From the NCBI GenBank assembly GCA_963728915.1, contig CAVSLV010000001.1, forward strand, positions 256,001 to 320,000: a stretch of DNA of 64,000 nucleotides, in the 5' to 3' direction. The stretch is from an uncultured Gemmatimonadales bacterium (GTDB lineage Bacteria > Gemmatimonadota > Gemmatimonadetes > Gemmatimonadales > GWC2-71-9). The first letter of the stretch is position 1. The number at the start of each line of letters is the position of its first letter. The notes beneath the pieces are model-generated. The model was not told the origin of the DNA, ran no database searches, and was given only the letters and a program-made list of their open reading frames with translations. A program made the position numbers and the translations under genes. This document shows positions 18,057-29,400 of this stretch, piece by piece.

Positions 18057-18977
18057 TCAGCCGCCCCGGTGGGTCCAGTACCGGGCCAGTCCGGTCCAGC
18101 ACGCCTCCGCGCCCGGTCCCGATCCCGAGAGATACCGCTCGACCTCGCCATCCGGGCTCCGCTGCGAGACCCACTCCCGCAGGCGCCGCACGAACGCCTC
18201 CCTCCGGTCGGTGTCCGAACCGGGCATCGCGAGCGCCTCCCGAGCATAACCCGCCCACTCGACCAGGCCGGTGCGCAGGGCTTCCAGGTGCTCCTCGGGA
18301 TGGGACGAGAAACCGAAATGGGTCAGGGCCAGCCGTTCGGCCCGCCATTCGAGAATCCGGTCGATCGAGGCGAACCAGGCCTCGAGGTCGATGTCCGGTG
18401 GCGGGGTGACCGGCAGCACCAGAGGGAACGACGGCCGCATGACTCCGGCGGTGTCGCCGACGAACGCGGTCAGCGTTTCGCGATCCAGAAAGCTCACGTG
18501 GTGCCAGGCGTGCCCCGGGGTATAAAGCACTTCGAACCGCCTTCCGTCGAGCTCCAGGCGTTCGCCCCCCTCCAGGACCCTGATCTGTTCCGGTGGAACC
18601 GGAAGAATCTCGCCCCACAGCTCGTTCATCCTGTCGCCATACAGTCGCTCGGCGCTCCCGATCAGTTTGCCGGGATCGATCAGATGGTTTGCGCCCCTGG
18701 CGTGAACGTGCACCCGAAGCCGGGGATTTCCTCGCGCCAGCACCCCGCTCGCTCCGGCATGGTCCAGGTGGATGTGGGTGAGGAGCAGATCGGTGAGATC
18801 CGCTTCGCTCATCCCATGGACCGCGAGCCCGGCTCGGAGCGCGGGCAGGGTCGAAGCCGGACCCGGATCCACCACCAGGGCGCCGGTTCGGCTGGAGAGC
18901 AGGTAGCTCGCGATCGAGTCCTGCTGGCCGAGGTGATGGAGGTCGATGAGGTGGAGGTCTGCCGGTGGGGGGTTCAT
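18057..18977 (-). CDS. MBL-fold metallo-hydrolase
   Basis: VVDPGP, THIHLDHAG (HxHxDH), TPGHAWHH, FVGD, LTHFG. Confidence 0.92.
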   Translation of the reverse strand: MNPPPADLHLIDLHHLGQQDSIASYLLSSRTGALVVDPGPASTLPALRAGLAVHGMSEADLTDLLLTHIHLDHAGASGVLARGNPRLRVHVHARGANHLIDPGKLIGSAERLYGDRMNELWGEILPVPPEQIRVLEGGERLELDGRRFEVLYTPGHAWHHVSFLDRETLTAFVGDTAGVMRPSFPLVLPVTPPPDIDLEAWFASIDRILEWRAERLALTHFGFSSHPEEHLEALRTGLVEWAGYAREALAMPGSDTDRREAFVRRLREWVSQRSPDGEVERYLSGSGPGAEACWTGLARYWTHRGG

Positions 18978-18992
18978 GTCTTATATATAAGA

Positions 18993-20141
18993 GTGGTCTC
19001 CCAGCGGTCTTCTCTCACCGTCGCCGTCGCCGGCCTCGGGGCGATGGGCTCGCAGGCGGTCCTCGAATTGGCTCGCCGGGGCCACCGCGTCGTCGGCTTC
19101 GATCGTTTCCGGCCCCCCCATTCGCTCGGCTCCTCGCACGGCAGGACCCGGATCATCCGGGAGGCCTACTTCGAGCACCCCCAGTATGTCCCCCTGGTGC
19201 AGCGGGCCTACCAGCGCTGGAGCGAGCTGGAGCGGGAGAGTAACCTGCCCCTCTACCGGCCCACCGGCGGCCTGATGATCGGTCCGCCCCAAGGCGAGCT
19301 GGTGGCGGGAGCGCGCCGCAGCGCGGTGGCGCACCATCTTCCCTTCGAAGAGTTCTCCCCGGCCGAGGTGCGAAGCCGGTTTCCCCCGTTCCAGCTGGCC
19401 GACGGCGAGATCGCGTTGTTCGAGCCGAGGGCGGGCGTGCTCTTTCCCGAGCGGGTCATCGAGCTGGTGCTGGAGCTGGCCCGGAAGGCCGGAGCCCTGC
19501 TGCATCTCGAGGAGCCGGTGGAGTCGTGGAGCGCCGGCTCGGGCCTCCGGGTTCACACTACGCAGCGCGAGATCGAGGTGGACCGCCTGGTCCTCACCCC
19601 CGGCGCCTGGATGGCGGGCGATCTTCCCGGGCTGTCGCTGCCGCTCACCCTAACCCGCCAGCCCCTCTTCTGGTTCGAGGTGCCGCCCCCGATCCGGGCG
19701 GTCGCCGCCCGGCTCCCCATCTTCATCTGGGAATGGGTGGAAGGCCGCATGTGCTACGGGTTTCCCGACCTGGGCGACGGGCTCAAGGCGGCGATCCACC
19801 ACGAAGGGGAGCCCCTGGTCCCCGACCGCCCCCGGCGGCCGGCCAGCCCGGAGGAAGCTGGGGAGCTTGCCCAGGTTCTCGCCACCCGGATCCCGGGTCT
19901 CGGGCCGGTCCGGGAGACCGCCGTCTGTGTGTACACCAACACCGCCACCGGCGACTTCCTGATCGATCGCCACCCCCACGACACCCGCGTCCTTCTGGCG
20001 AGTCCCTGCTCGGGTCATGGATTCAAGTTCGCGCCGGTGATCGGGGAAGTGCTGGCCGACCTGGTGGAGGAACGCACCCCCCGATTCGATCTCTCGCCAT
20101 TTCGCCTCGACCGGCTCCTTGGGACTGCCCCGAAGCGCTGA
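18993..20141 (+). CDS. solA: N-methyl-L-tryptophan oxidase / monomeric sarcosine oxidase family flavoenzyme
   Basis: GLGAMG FAD-binding, GSSHGRTRIIREAY, CVYTNT (covalent FAD Cys), SGHGFKF; start trimmed to GTG 18993. Confidence 0.85.
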   Translation: MVSQRSSLTVAVAGLGAMGSQAVLELARRGHRVVGFDRFRPPHSLGSSHGRTRIIREAYFEHPQYVPLVQRAYQRWSELERESNLPLYRPTGGLMIGPPQGELVAGARRSAVAHHLPFEEFSPAEVRSRFPPFQLADGEIALFEPRAGVLFPERVIELVLELARKAGALLHLEEPVESWSAGSGLRVHTTQREIEVDRLVLTPGAWMAGDLPGLSLPLTLTRQPLFWFEVPPPIRAVAARLPIFIWEWVEGRMCYGFPDLGDGLKAAIHHEGEPLVPDRPRRPASPEEAGELAQVLATRIPGLGPVRETAVCVYTNTATGDFLIDRHPHDTRVLLASPCSGHGFKFAPVIGEVLADLVEERTPRFDLSPFRLDRLLGTAPKR

Positions 20142-20155
20142 GCTATTTTTCCCGG

Positions 20156-21025
20156 GTGTCCGACACCGCTTCCGTTGCTGCTCCGATCGGCGCGCTCCTG
20201 AGCCGGGCGATTGACTACGCCGGGCTCTTCCCGCCGGCGAGCCTCGACCTCACCACCGCCGTCGCCAACTATCAGGCGTATCGCGATGGCCCCGACGCCT
20301 GGGCCCTGGGCCGTTTGGTCGCGAAGGCGAGCGATCTTCCATCGCTCGCCACCATGAGCGGAACCGGCATGCCGCTGAGCGTGTTGCTCGGTCCCGCGAT
20401 CGACCAGGATCTCGAGCGGCTCCTGCGGTTCGATGACGGCACGCCGGGCCCCGGCAGGGTGGAGGCCGTCGAGCTCAAGGGCCCGCTGACCCACCTCGAC
20501 AAGGCGCCCTCGCGGTGGCCCCGATACCTGGAGCTGCCCCTCGACGAGCACCTCGAGACGACCCTCGACGAGATCGCGAACCGGGGCGCCCTCGCGAAGG
20601 TGCGAACCGGTGGGACCATCGCCGAGGCAATTCCCAAAGCCCGCGAGCTGGCCCGCTTCCTGGTGGCCTGTGCCGGTCGCCGGCTGCCGTTCAAGGCGAC
20701 CGCAGGTCTCCACCACCCGGTCCGCGGCTCCTACCGTCTGACCTACGAAGCGGGTGCGCCGCGCGGCGTGCTGTTCGGCTACCTGAACCTGGCGGTCGCG
20801 GCGGTGATCGCGTGGACCGGCGGCGAGGCCCGGGAAACCGAGGCTGCCCTGGTCGAGACCGGGCCCGGCGCCATCCACTGGGATGGGGAGGCCCTGCACT
20901 GGCGGGCCCATCGATTCCCGGCCGAAGCGATCGCCGCGCTGCGCCGGGAGAGTTTCCACGGCTTCGGCTCCTGCTCCTTCCGGGAGCCGCTGGACGAGCT
21001 CGCCGGGTTAGGATCCGCGCAGTGA
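20156..21025 (+). CDS. Conserved hypothetical protein translationally coupled to fahA
   Basis: Motifs IDYAGLFPPA, KVRTGG, FKATAGLHHP, FGYLN, FGSCSFREP; GTG start 6 nt after TATTTT. Confidence 0.75.
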   Translation: MSDTASVAAPIGALLSRAIDYAGLFPPASLDLTTAVANYQAYRDGPDAWALGRLVAKASDLPSLATMSGTGMPLSVLLGPAIDQDLERLLRFDDGTPGPGRVEAVELKGPLTHLDKAPSRWPRYLELPLDEHLETTLDEIANRGALAKVRTGGTIAEAIPKARELARFLVACAGRRLPFKATAGLHHPVRGSYRLTYEAGAPRGVLFGYLNLAVAAVIAWTGGEARETEAALVETGPGAIHWDGEALHWRAHRFPAEAIAALRRESFHGFGSCSFREPLDELAGLGSAQ

Positions 21026-22344
21026 CCCTCCGGCTCGACGAAACCCACGATCGCCGGGCCACCTCCTGGGTGGCCTCGGCGCAGCGCGCCGGCGCCGAGT
21101 TCCCCATTCAGAACCTTCCCTTCGGCGTCTTTCGCCGCCCCGGCACGAGCCAGGGGCAGATCGGGATCGCCATCGGGGATCAGATCCTGGATGTCTCACG
21201 GGCCATCAGCGTCGGCGCCCTGAGCCTGGAGCCGGCCCTGTTCGATTGCCTCACGGCTCCGAGGCTGAATGCCCTGCTGGCGCGGGGCCGGCGTGCCCTT
21301 CAGTCGGTGCGCGCCGGAGTCTTCGCGCTCCTTCGGCAGGGTTCCCGGCTGGCGCGTCCGCCCGAGGGTTGTCTGGTTCCGATGGCGAGCGTCGAGCTCC
21401 AGCTCCCCATCGACATCGGAGACTACACCGACTTCTACGCTTCGATTCACCACGCGACCAACGTCGGGAAGATGCTCCGGCCCGACCAGCCGCTGCTTCC
21501 CAACTACAAATGGGTGCCGATCGGCTACCACGGACGCGCCTCTTCCATCGTGGTGAGCGGTACCCCGGTCGAACGCCCCCGCGGGCAGATCAAGCCCTCG
21601 GGAGACGAGCCCCCCTCGGTGCTTCCCACCAGGTCCCTCGACTACGAATGCGAAGTCGGCATGGTCGTGGGCAAGGGCAATCCCCTCGGTCAACCCGTGC
21701 CGATCGCCCAATCGGAAGAGCACCTCGCCGGACTTTGCCTGGTGAACGACTGGTCCGCGCGTGACATCCAGGCCTGGGAGTATCAGCCACTGGGCCCTTT
21801 CCTCGCCAAGAGTTTCGCGACCACCATGTCGCCCTGGGTGGTGACCCTCGACGCCCTGGAACCGTTCCGGGCCCCACTCGCCGATCGCGAAGCGAACGAC
21901 CCTTCACCGCTCGAATACCTGAGCGAAGCGGAGGGACGCTCCCGGTCCGGCTTTGCCATCGATCTCGAGGTCGGCATCGCCTCGGCGCGGATGCGGAGCG
22001 AAGGCGTGGAGCCGATGCGACTCAGCCGGTGCAGTTTCACCCGGATGTACTGGTCGGCCGCGCAGCTCATCGCGCATCACACCGGGAACGGATGCAACCT
22101 CCGTCCTGGCGACCTGCTGGCCAGCGGAACCGTGTCCGGCCCCGATCGGGGAAGCCAGGGGTGCCTCCTCGAGCTGACCTGGCGGGGCGCACACCCGCTG
22201 ACCCTCCCCACCGGAGAAACCCGGCGCTTCCTCGAGGATGGCGATGAGATCGTGATGCGGGGAACCTGCGCTCGAGAAGGGTTCGCCACGATCGGATTCG
22301 GGGAATGCCGGGGAGTCGTGCTGCCGGGCCTGGACAACCCGTGA
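21022..22344 (+). CDS. fahA: Fumarylacetoacetase
   Basis: FPIQNLPFGVF, IGDYTDFYAS, PIGYHGRASS, LDYECE, NDWSARDIQAWEYQPLGPF. Confidence 0.95.
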   Translation: MTLRLDETHDRRATSWVASAQRAGAEFPIQNLPFGVFRRPGTSQGQIGIAIGDQILDVSRAISVGALSLEPALFDCLTAPRLNALLARGRRALQSVRAGVFALLRQGSRLARPPEGCLVPMASVELQLPIDIGDYTDFYASIHHATNVGKMLRPDQPLLPNYKWVPIGYHGRASSIVVSGTPVERPRGQIKPSGDEPPSVLPTRSLDYECEVGMVVGKGNPLGQPVPIAQSEEHLAGLCLVNDWSARDIQAWEYQPLGPFLAKSFATTMSPWVVTLDALEPFRAPLADREANDPSPLEYLSEAEGRSRSGFAIDLEVGIASARMRSEGVEPMRLSRCSFTRMYWSAAQLIAHHTGNGCNLRPGDLLASGTVSGPDRGSQGCLLELTWRGAHPLTLPTGETRRFLEDGDEIVMRGTCAREGFATIGFGECRGVVLPGLDNP

Positions 22345-22898
22345 CCACGACGGTCAAGGTGACCCACCTGGAGATGCGCTCCCCCGCGGACTTTCGCCGG
22401 TCGGAGCGGATCCCGCCCGATGTCCTGCTGCTTCGGGCCCTTGTCCCCTCACCCGAGCTGGGCCGGTTCCTGTATACCGCGGTGGGCGGCGGATGGTACT
22501 GGCGGGAGCGGCTCGCCTGGACCTGGCAACGGTGGTCGGACTGGCTTTCCCGTCCCGAGGTGGAGACCTGGGTGGCTTACCAGAACGGGACTCCGGCCGG
22601 ATATTTCGAGCTCGAGGCCCGGCCGGACGCGAGCTCGCAGATCACCTACTTCGGACTGTTGCCTTCGTTCATCGGCAAGGGCCTCGGAGGGTATCTCCTC
22701 ACCCAGGCGGTGGATCGGGCCTGGCAGATGAGGCCGGGAGTGACGCGGGTCTGGGTGCACACCTGCACCCTCGATCACCCCGGGGCTCTTCCCAACTACG
22801 TGGGCCGGGGCTTCCGAATCTTCAAGGAGGAGGAGCACCAGGTGCTTCTTCCGGACGAACCGCCCGGTCCCTGGCCCGGAGCGCACCGATCGCGATGA
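22341..22898 (+). CDS. GNAT-family N-acetyltransferase
   Basis: YFGLLPSFIGKGLGG acetyl-CoA motif, VWVHTCTLDHPGALPNY. Confidence 0.88.
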   Translation: MTTTVKVTHLEMRSPADFRRSERIPPDVLLLRALVPSPELGRFLYTAVGGGWYWRERLAWTWQRWSDWLSRPEVETWVAYQNGTPAGYFELEARPDASSQITYFGLLPSFIGKGLGGYLLTQAVDRAWQMRPGVTRVWVHTCTLDHPGALPNYVGRGFRIFKEEEHQVLLPDEPPGPWPGAHRSR

Positions 22899-23530
22899 AT
22901 CTGGCCGATCTCCGGCGCGACTATTCCGGCACGCCGCTCGACGAACGAACCGTGAGCCCGGATCCTCTGCTTCAGCTGGTGCAATGGCTGGAGGAAGCGG
23001 TTCGCGCCCAGGTGGTGGAGCCTTCCGCCATGACCCTGGCGACCGCGACGCCGTCGGGAGTCCCTTCGGCCCGGATGGTGCTCCTCAAAGCGGCCGAGCC
23101 GGACGGGCTGGTGTTCTACTGCGATACCCGGAGTCAGAAGGGAATCGAGCTCACCGCGAATCCCGAGGCCGCACTGGTCCTGTGGTGGGGCGAGCTGGCC
23201 CGCCAGGTCCGAGCGGGCGGTTCGGTCTCCCGGGTTAGGGACTCCGAGGCCGATCGGTACTACGCCTCGCGCCCCGAAGGAAGCCGGCTCAGCGCCTGGG
23301 CCTCCCATCAAAGCCAGGTCGTCCCGGGTCGCTTCATCCTCGAGGCGCGCTGGGAGGAAGCTGCCCGCCGGTTCCCGGAGGGAGAGATCCCCCGGCCCCC
23401 CTACTGGGGCGGCTTCCGGGTGGTTCCTCGATACTTCGAATTCTGGCAGGGCCGCCCCAACCGACTCCATGATCGGGTTCGCTATCGGAACACGGAGACC
23501 GGCTGGATCATCGAGCGACTCAGTCCCTAG
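22895..23530 (+). CDS. pdxH: Pyridoxamine 5'-phosphate oxidase
   Basis: LADLRRDY, PSARMVLLK, SAWASHQS, PYWGGFR, EFWQGRPNRLHDR. Confidence 0.95.
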   Translation: MNLADLRRDYSGTPLDERTVSPDPLLQLVQWLEEAVRAQVVEPSAMTLATATPSGVPSARMVLLKAAEPDGLVFYCDTRSQKGIELTANPEAALVLWWGELARQVRAGGSVSRVRDSEADRYYASRPEGSRLSAWASHQSQVVPGRFILEARWEEAARRFPEGEIPRPPYWGGFRVVPRYFEFWQGRPNRLHDRVRYRNTETGWIIERLSP

Positions 23531-23534
23531 GCGA

Positions 23535-24401
23535 ATGCATCGGGGCATCCGGCTGGTCCGCACCGGTCTCCTCATCAACGGCGTTCTTGCGCTGGTCAAG
23601 CTGCTGGCCGGGGTTCTCGGTCACTCCTACGCGCTCATTGCCGATGCGGTCGAATCGATCGCCGACATCTTTTCCTCCCTGGTGGTCTGGAGCGGGCTCC
23701 GGATCGCCTCCCGCGACGCGGACGAGCGCTATCCGTTCGGATATGGCAAGGCCGAATCGGTCTCCTCAGCGGTGGTCGGAATCATGCTGGTCGGAGCGGC
23801 GCTCGGCATCGCCATCGAGGCGATCAGGGAGATTCTGACTCCCCATCACACTCCGGCGCCGTTCACCCTCGGCGTGCTGGTGGTGGTGGTCGCCATCAAG
23901 GAATCCCTCTTCCGCCGGGTCTTCCGTGGCGCCGAAGAGCTCGGCAGCCAGGCGATCGCCGCGGATGCCTGGCATCACCGCGCCGACGCCATCACCTCGT
24001 CGGCCGCTTTCATCGGCATCTCCGTGGCGCTCATCGGCGGCCCCGGCTGGGAACAGGCGGATGACTGGGCCGCGCTTCTGGCCTCGGTCATCATTCTCTA
24101 CAACGGGACCCGTATCATCCGCCCGGCTCTCGCGGAGCTGATGGATCAATCGCCGTCCGAGGCGGTTTTTCGACAGATCGACACGGCGGCGCGCGGAGTC
24201 GACGGGGTGCTCGCCACTGAGAAGCTCCGAGTCCGGACCAGCGGGCCGCGGTACCTGCTCGAGCTCCACGTGCAGGCCGCCCCCGCGCTCTCCCTCCACG
24301 AGGCCCATATCCTGAGCGGCAAGGTCAAAACTGCGATCCGGGCGGCGGTGCCCCGGGTGGACACGGTTCTCATTCATATGGAGCCATTCGCGAAGGAATG
24401 A
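23535..24401 (+). CDS. Cation diffusion facilitator family transporter (FieF-like)
   Basis: SYALIADAVES, YPFGYGKAE, ADAWHHRAD, C-terminal dimerisation domain IHMEP. Confidence 0.92.
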   Translation: MHRGIRLVRTGLLINGVLALVKLLAGVLGHSYALIADAVESIADIFSSLVVWSGLRIASRDADERYPFGYGKAESVSSAVVGIMLVGAALGIAIEAIREILTPHHTPAPFTLGVLVVVVAIKESLFRRVFRGAEELGSQAIAADAWHHRADAITSSAAFIGISVALIGGPGWEQADDWAALLASVIILYNGTRIIRPALAELMDQSPSEAVFRQIDTAARGVDGVLATEKLRVRTSGPRYLLELHVQAAPALSLHEAHILSGKVKTAIRAAVPRVDTVLIHMEPFAKE

Positions 24402-25714
24402 CGCTTCAGGAACGGCTCGAGGCCCGCCTCCGAGCGATGCAGCTGTCGGGTCCTGCCCTCGTCGCGGTTTCCGGCGGCCCCGATTCGATCGCGCTGCTCG
24501 ATCTCCTCTCCAACTCGGCAGCGGCGGCGCGACTCTCCATCCATGTGGCTCATCTGGATCATGGGATCCATCCCGAAAGCGGCAAGGTGATGGAGGCAGT
24601 GCGCCGGATCACGCAGCGCTACGGGTTCTCGTTTCTCGGTCACCGGCTCGAGCTCGGTCCCGACGCCTCCGAAACCCTGGCGCGGGTTGCGCGTTATGAG
24701 TGGCTCGAATCCGAGGCGGATCGGCTCGGCGCCGGGACGATTTTCCTCGCCCATCACCGGGACGACCAGATCGAGACGGTGTTGATGCGACTCCTCCGGG
24801 GGTCCGGCTCCGCCGGGCTGGCAGGCATGGCAATTCGGCGCGGCCGTATTGTCCGTCCCCTGCTTGGGTTTCCCCGGTCCGAGCTCGAACGGCACGCCCG
24901 GGGACTCGGAGTCGAGGTCTGGGACGACCCCGCCAACCGGGACCTCCGGCATGATCGCGTCTGGATCAGGCGGACGGTGCTGCCCCTGCTTCGCGAACGG
25001 ATGCCCGACCTGGATCGGCAGCTGCTTCGGGTGGCTCGGAATGCGGCCCGGGAGCGCACCGCGTGGGACCGCCTGCTCGATACCGAGGTGTTCGAACTTC
25101 AGGGTGAGTGTGACGGGATTTCCGTTGCTGCGTCACCATTTGGAGACTATGATTCGAACGTGGTTCGGGCACTCCTGGGCGCCCTCGGGCGCCGGGTTGG
25201 TTGCCATGTGGGCCCGAGGCGGGCGGCTCGAGTTGAGCAACTCCTGGCGGGCGGTCGAAGTGGAGCGAAGGCGCAGCTCGGAACGGGCTGCGCCGCCGAG
25301 CTCACCTTCGGCCGCCTCCGTCTCTTTCGGGAGGGCTCGCAGGAAAGCCCGTCCCCGGTTCCCCTCGCGGGTCAGGTTGGCGCCACCCTTCTCGGGCCCT
25401 GGGAGCTTCGCTGGCGCAGCGAACCGGCGCCGGCGCGAATCGAACGGATTTCGTTGGCCACCTGGGTCTCGCCAGGAGCGTACCAGGTCAGGTCGTGGCG
25501 ATCTGGCGATCGCATTCACCCGCTCGGTGGATCCGGAAGGAGACTCGTGGTGCGTTGCATGCAGGACGTCCGAATTGCGCGGCACCTTCGCGCCACCTGG
25601 CCGGTGGTCGAGGCCGATGGGACCATCGTCTGGGTCCCTGGTGTCTGCCGGTCTGCCGGCGCACTCCCGGCCCCGGGTGGCGAAGCGCTCCGGATCGATG
25701 CCCAGCAACGCTAG
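24398..25714 (+). CDS. tilS: tRNA(Ile)-lysidine synthetase
   Basis: AVSGGPDS PP-loop, AHHRDDQIETVLMRLLRG, IVRPLL, DPAN. Confidence 0.95.
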   Translation: MTLQERLEARLRAMQLSGPALVAVSGGPDSIALLDLLSNSAAAARLSIHVAHLDHGIHPESGKVMEAVRRITQRYGFSFLGHRLELGPDASETLARVARYEWLESEADRLGAGTIFLAHHRDDQIETVLMRLLRGSGSAGLAGMAIRRGRIVRPLLGFPRSELERHARGLGVEVWDDPANRDLRHDRVWIRRTVLPLLRERMPDLDRQLLRVARNAARERTAWDRLLDTEVFELQGECDGISVAASPFGDYDSNVVRALLGALGRRVGCHVGPRRAARVEQLLAGGRSGAKAQLGTGCAAELTFGRLRLFREGSQESPSPVPLAGQVGATLLGPWELRWRSEPAPARIERISLATWVSPGAYQVRSWRSGDRIHPLGGSGRRLVVRCMQDVRIARHLRATWPVVEADGTIVWVPGVCRSAGALPAPGGEALRIDAQQR

Positions 25715-26252
25715 CGTCCTCCGGCGGACCGGCGGTCGATCGGTCAAATCGATCGTCTACGATGAAGAGGCCATCGCCGCCAAGGTCGCCGAGCTGGGAG
25801 CCACCATCAGCGAGGCGTACCCGGATGGCGAGCTGCTGGTGCTCGGATTGCTGAAGGGAAGTTTCATTTTTCTGGGCGATCTGGTGCGCCGGATCGAACG
25901 CCCGCTCCAGGTGGATTTCCTGGTGGCGAGCTCGTATGGGGCGGGGACGACTTCCTCCGGGAACGTCCGGTTGCTCTACGATCCGGAGACCCAGCTCGAA
26001 GGGAAGCACATTGTGGTGGTGGAGGACATCGTGGATAGCGGCAATACGGTTCGGAAACTCATGGAGCTCCTCTCCGAGCGGCGGCCCGCCTCGCTGGCGG
26101 TCTGCGCCTTGCTCGACAAGGTGTCCATGCATCCACCGATGCCGGAAATGAGATTCGTCGGATTCCAGGCCCCGACGGCGTTCCTGGTGGGCTATGGCCT
26201 GGATCATGCCGAGGACTTTCGGCATCTTCCTTTTATTGCGGACCTGACGTAA
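25698..26252 (+). CDS. hpt: Hypoxanthine phosphoribosyltransferase
   Basis: LKGSFIF, SSYG, VVVEDIVDSGNT PRPP motif, VGYGLD; sits in tilS-hpt-ftsH order. Confidence 0.95.
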   Translation: MPSNASVLRRTGGRSVKSIVYDEEAIAAKVAELGATISEAYPDGELLVLGLLKGSFIFLGDLVRRIERPLQVDFLVASSYGAGTTSSGNVRLLYDPETQLEGKHIVVVEDIVDSGNTVRKLMELLSERRPASLAVCALLDKVSMHPPMPEMRFVGFQAPTAFLVGYGLDHAEDFRHLPFIADLT

Positions 26253-28228
<1,976 letters not shown>

Positions 28229-28232
<4 letters not shown>

Positions 28233-29395
28233 GGCTGGTCCCCCTGGCCGGCCGCGTTGAACACGCGGTCCGGGTCGCCCTCCTGTCCCACGGATGGGAG
28301 GGCGATTTGTCGTTCACCACCTCGGCCGGCCTGGAATCCCTGGCCTTCGAAATCCGTGACGTGCCCGGCGCGACGCTCCAGGACCTGGTCACCACCACGG
28401 CCCGCCTGGGTATCGACCTGATCACCGGCCCCGACTGGGTCATTCTCTCCGGCACCCGGGCCCGCTTGTCCGCCCTGGCCCGGCCGTGGGTGGTTTCCCC
28501 ATCGCTCACCGAGATTGCGGTTTCCCTGGGCCACGCGCTTCCCGGTGAAGAGCCCCTGCTCTGGCAGACGGTCGCCGGTCCCGTCGATCTCACGGAACCG
28601 GTGATCATGGGAATCCTGAACGCGACGCCGGATTCCTTCAGCGATGGAGCCACCTTTGCCGAACCGGGCGCGGCGGCGGAGCGGGCGGAGACACTCTTCG
28701 AATCCGGAGCACGAATCATCGACGTGGGCGGGGAGTCCACCCGTCCAGGGGCTCGACCAGTCGCCGAGGCGGAGGAGCTGACCCGGATCGTTCCGGTGGT
28801 CGAAGCGATCGTCCGTCGAGTTCCCCAGGCCGTGGTCTCGATCGACACCACCAAGGCGCCGGTGGCGCGGGCAGCGCTCGACGCGGGGGCGGGCATCGTG
28901 AATGATGTATCGGGGCTTCGGCTCGACCCGGACATGGGAGCGCTCTGCGCGGAGCGAAAAGCCGGTTTGGTGCTGATGCATTCCCGGGGCGAGCCCGGGA
29001 CGCTCGCCTCCGAGGGACACGCTGCCTATCCCGATGGGGTGCTGATCGCGGTTCAGACCGAGCTGGCCGGCGCCCTGGAGCGAGCCCGCCGGAGCGGAGT
29101 CTCGCTCGAGCGCGTCGTGGTCGACCCCGGGCTCGGGTTCGGCAAGACGGTCGAGCAGAGCGTCGAGCTGATGGCCGGGCTGCGGGTCCTTCGCACCCTG
29201 GGGAGGCCCATCCTGATCGGTCCGTCACGGAAGCGATTCCTGGGGACCCTGACCGGTCGGGTGGTGGAGCAGCGGGACATCGCCACCGCGGCGACGTGCG
29301 CGTTAGGGTGGCAGGCGGGCGCGCGGCTCTTCCGGGTGCACGAGCCGGGACCTGCACGTGATGCCCTCGCGGTCGCCCGGGCCATGGGGGGCTGA
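28229..29395 (+). CDS. folP: Dihydropteroate synthase with ~115-aa N-terminal extension
   Basis: [40 protein letters not shown]. Confidence 0.93.
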
Positions 29396-29400
29396 CGAGC

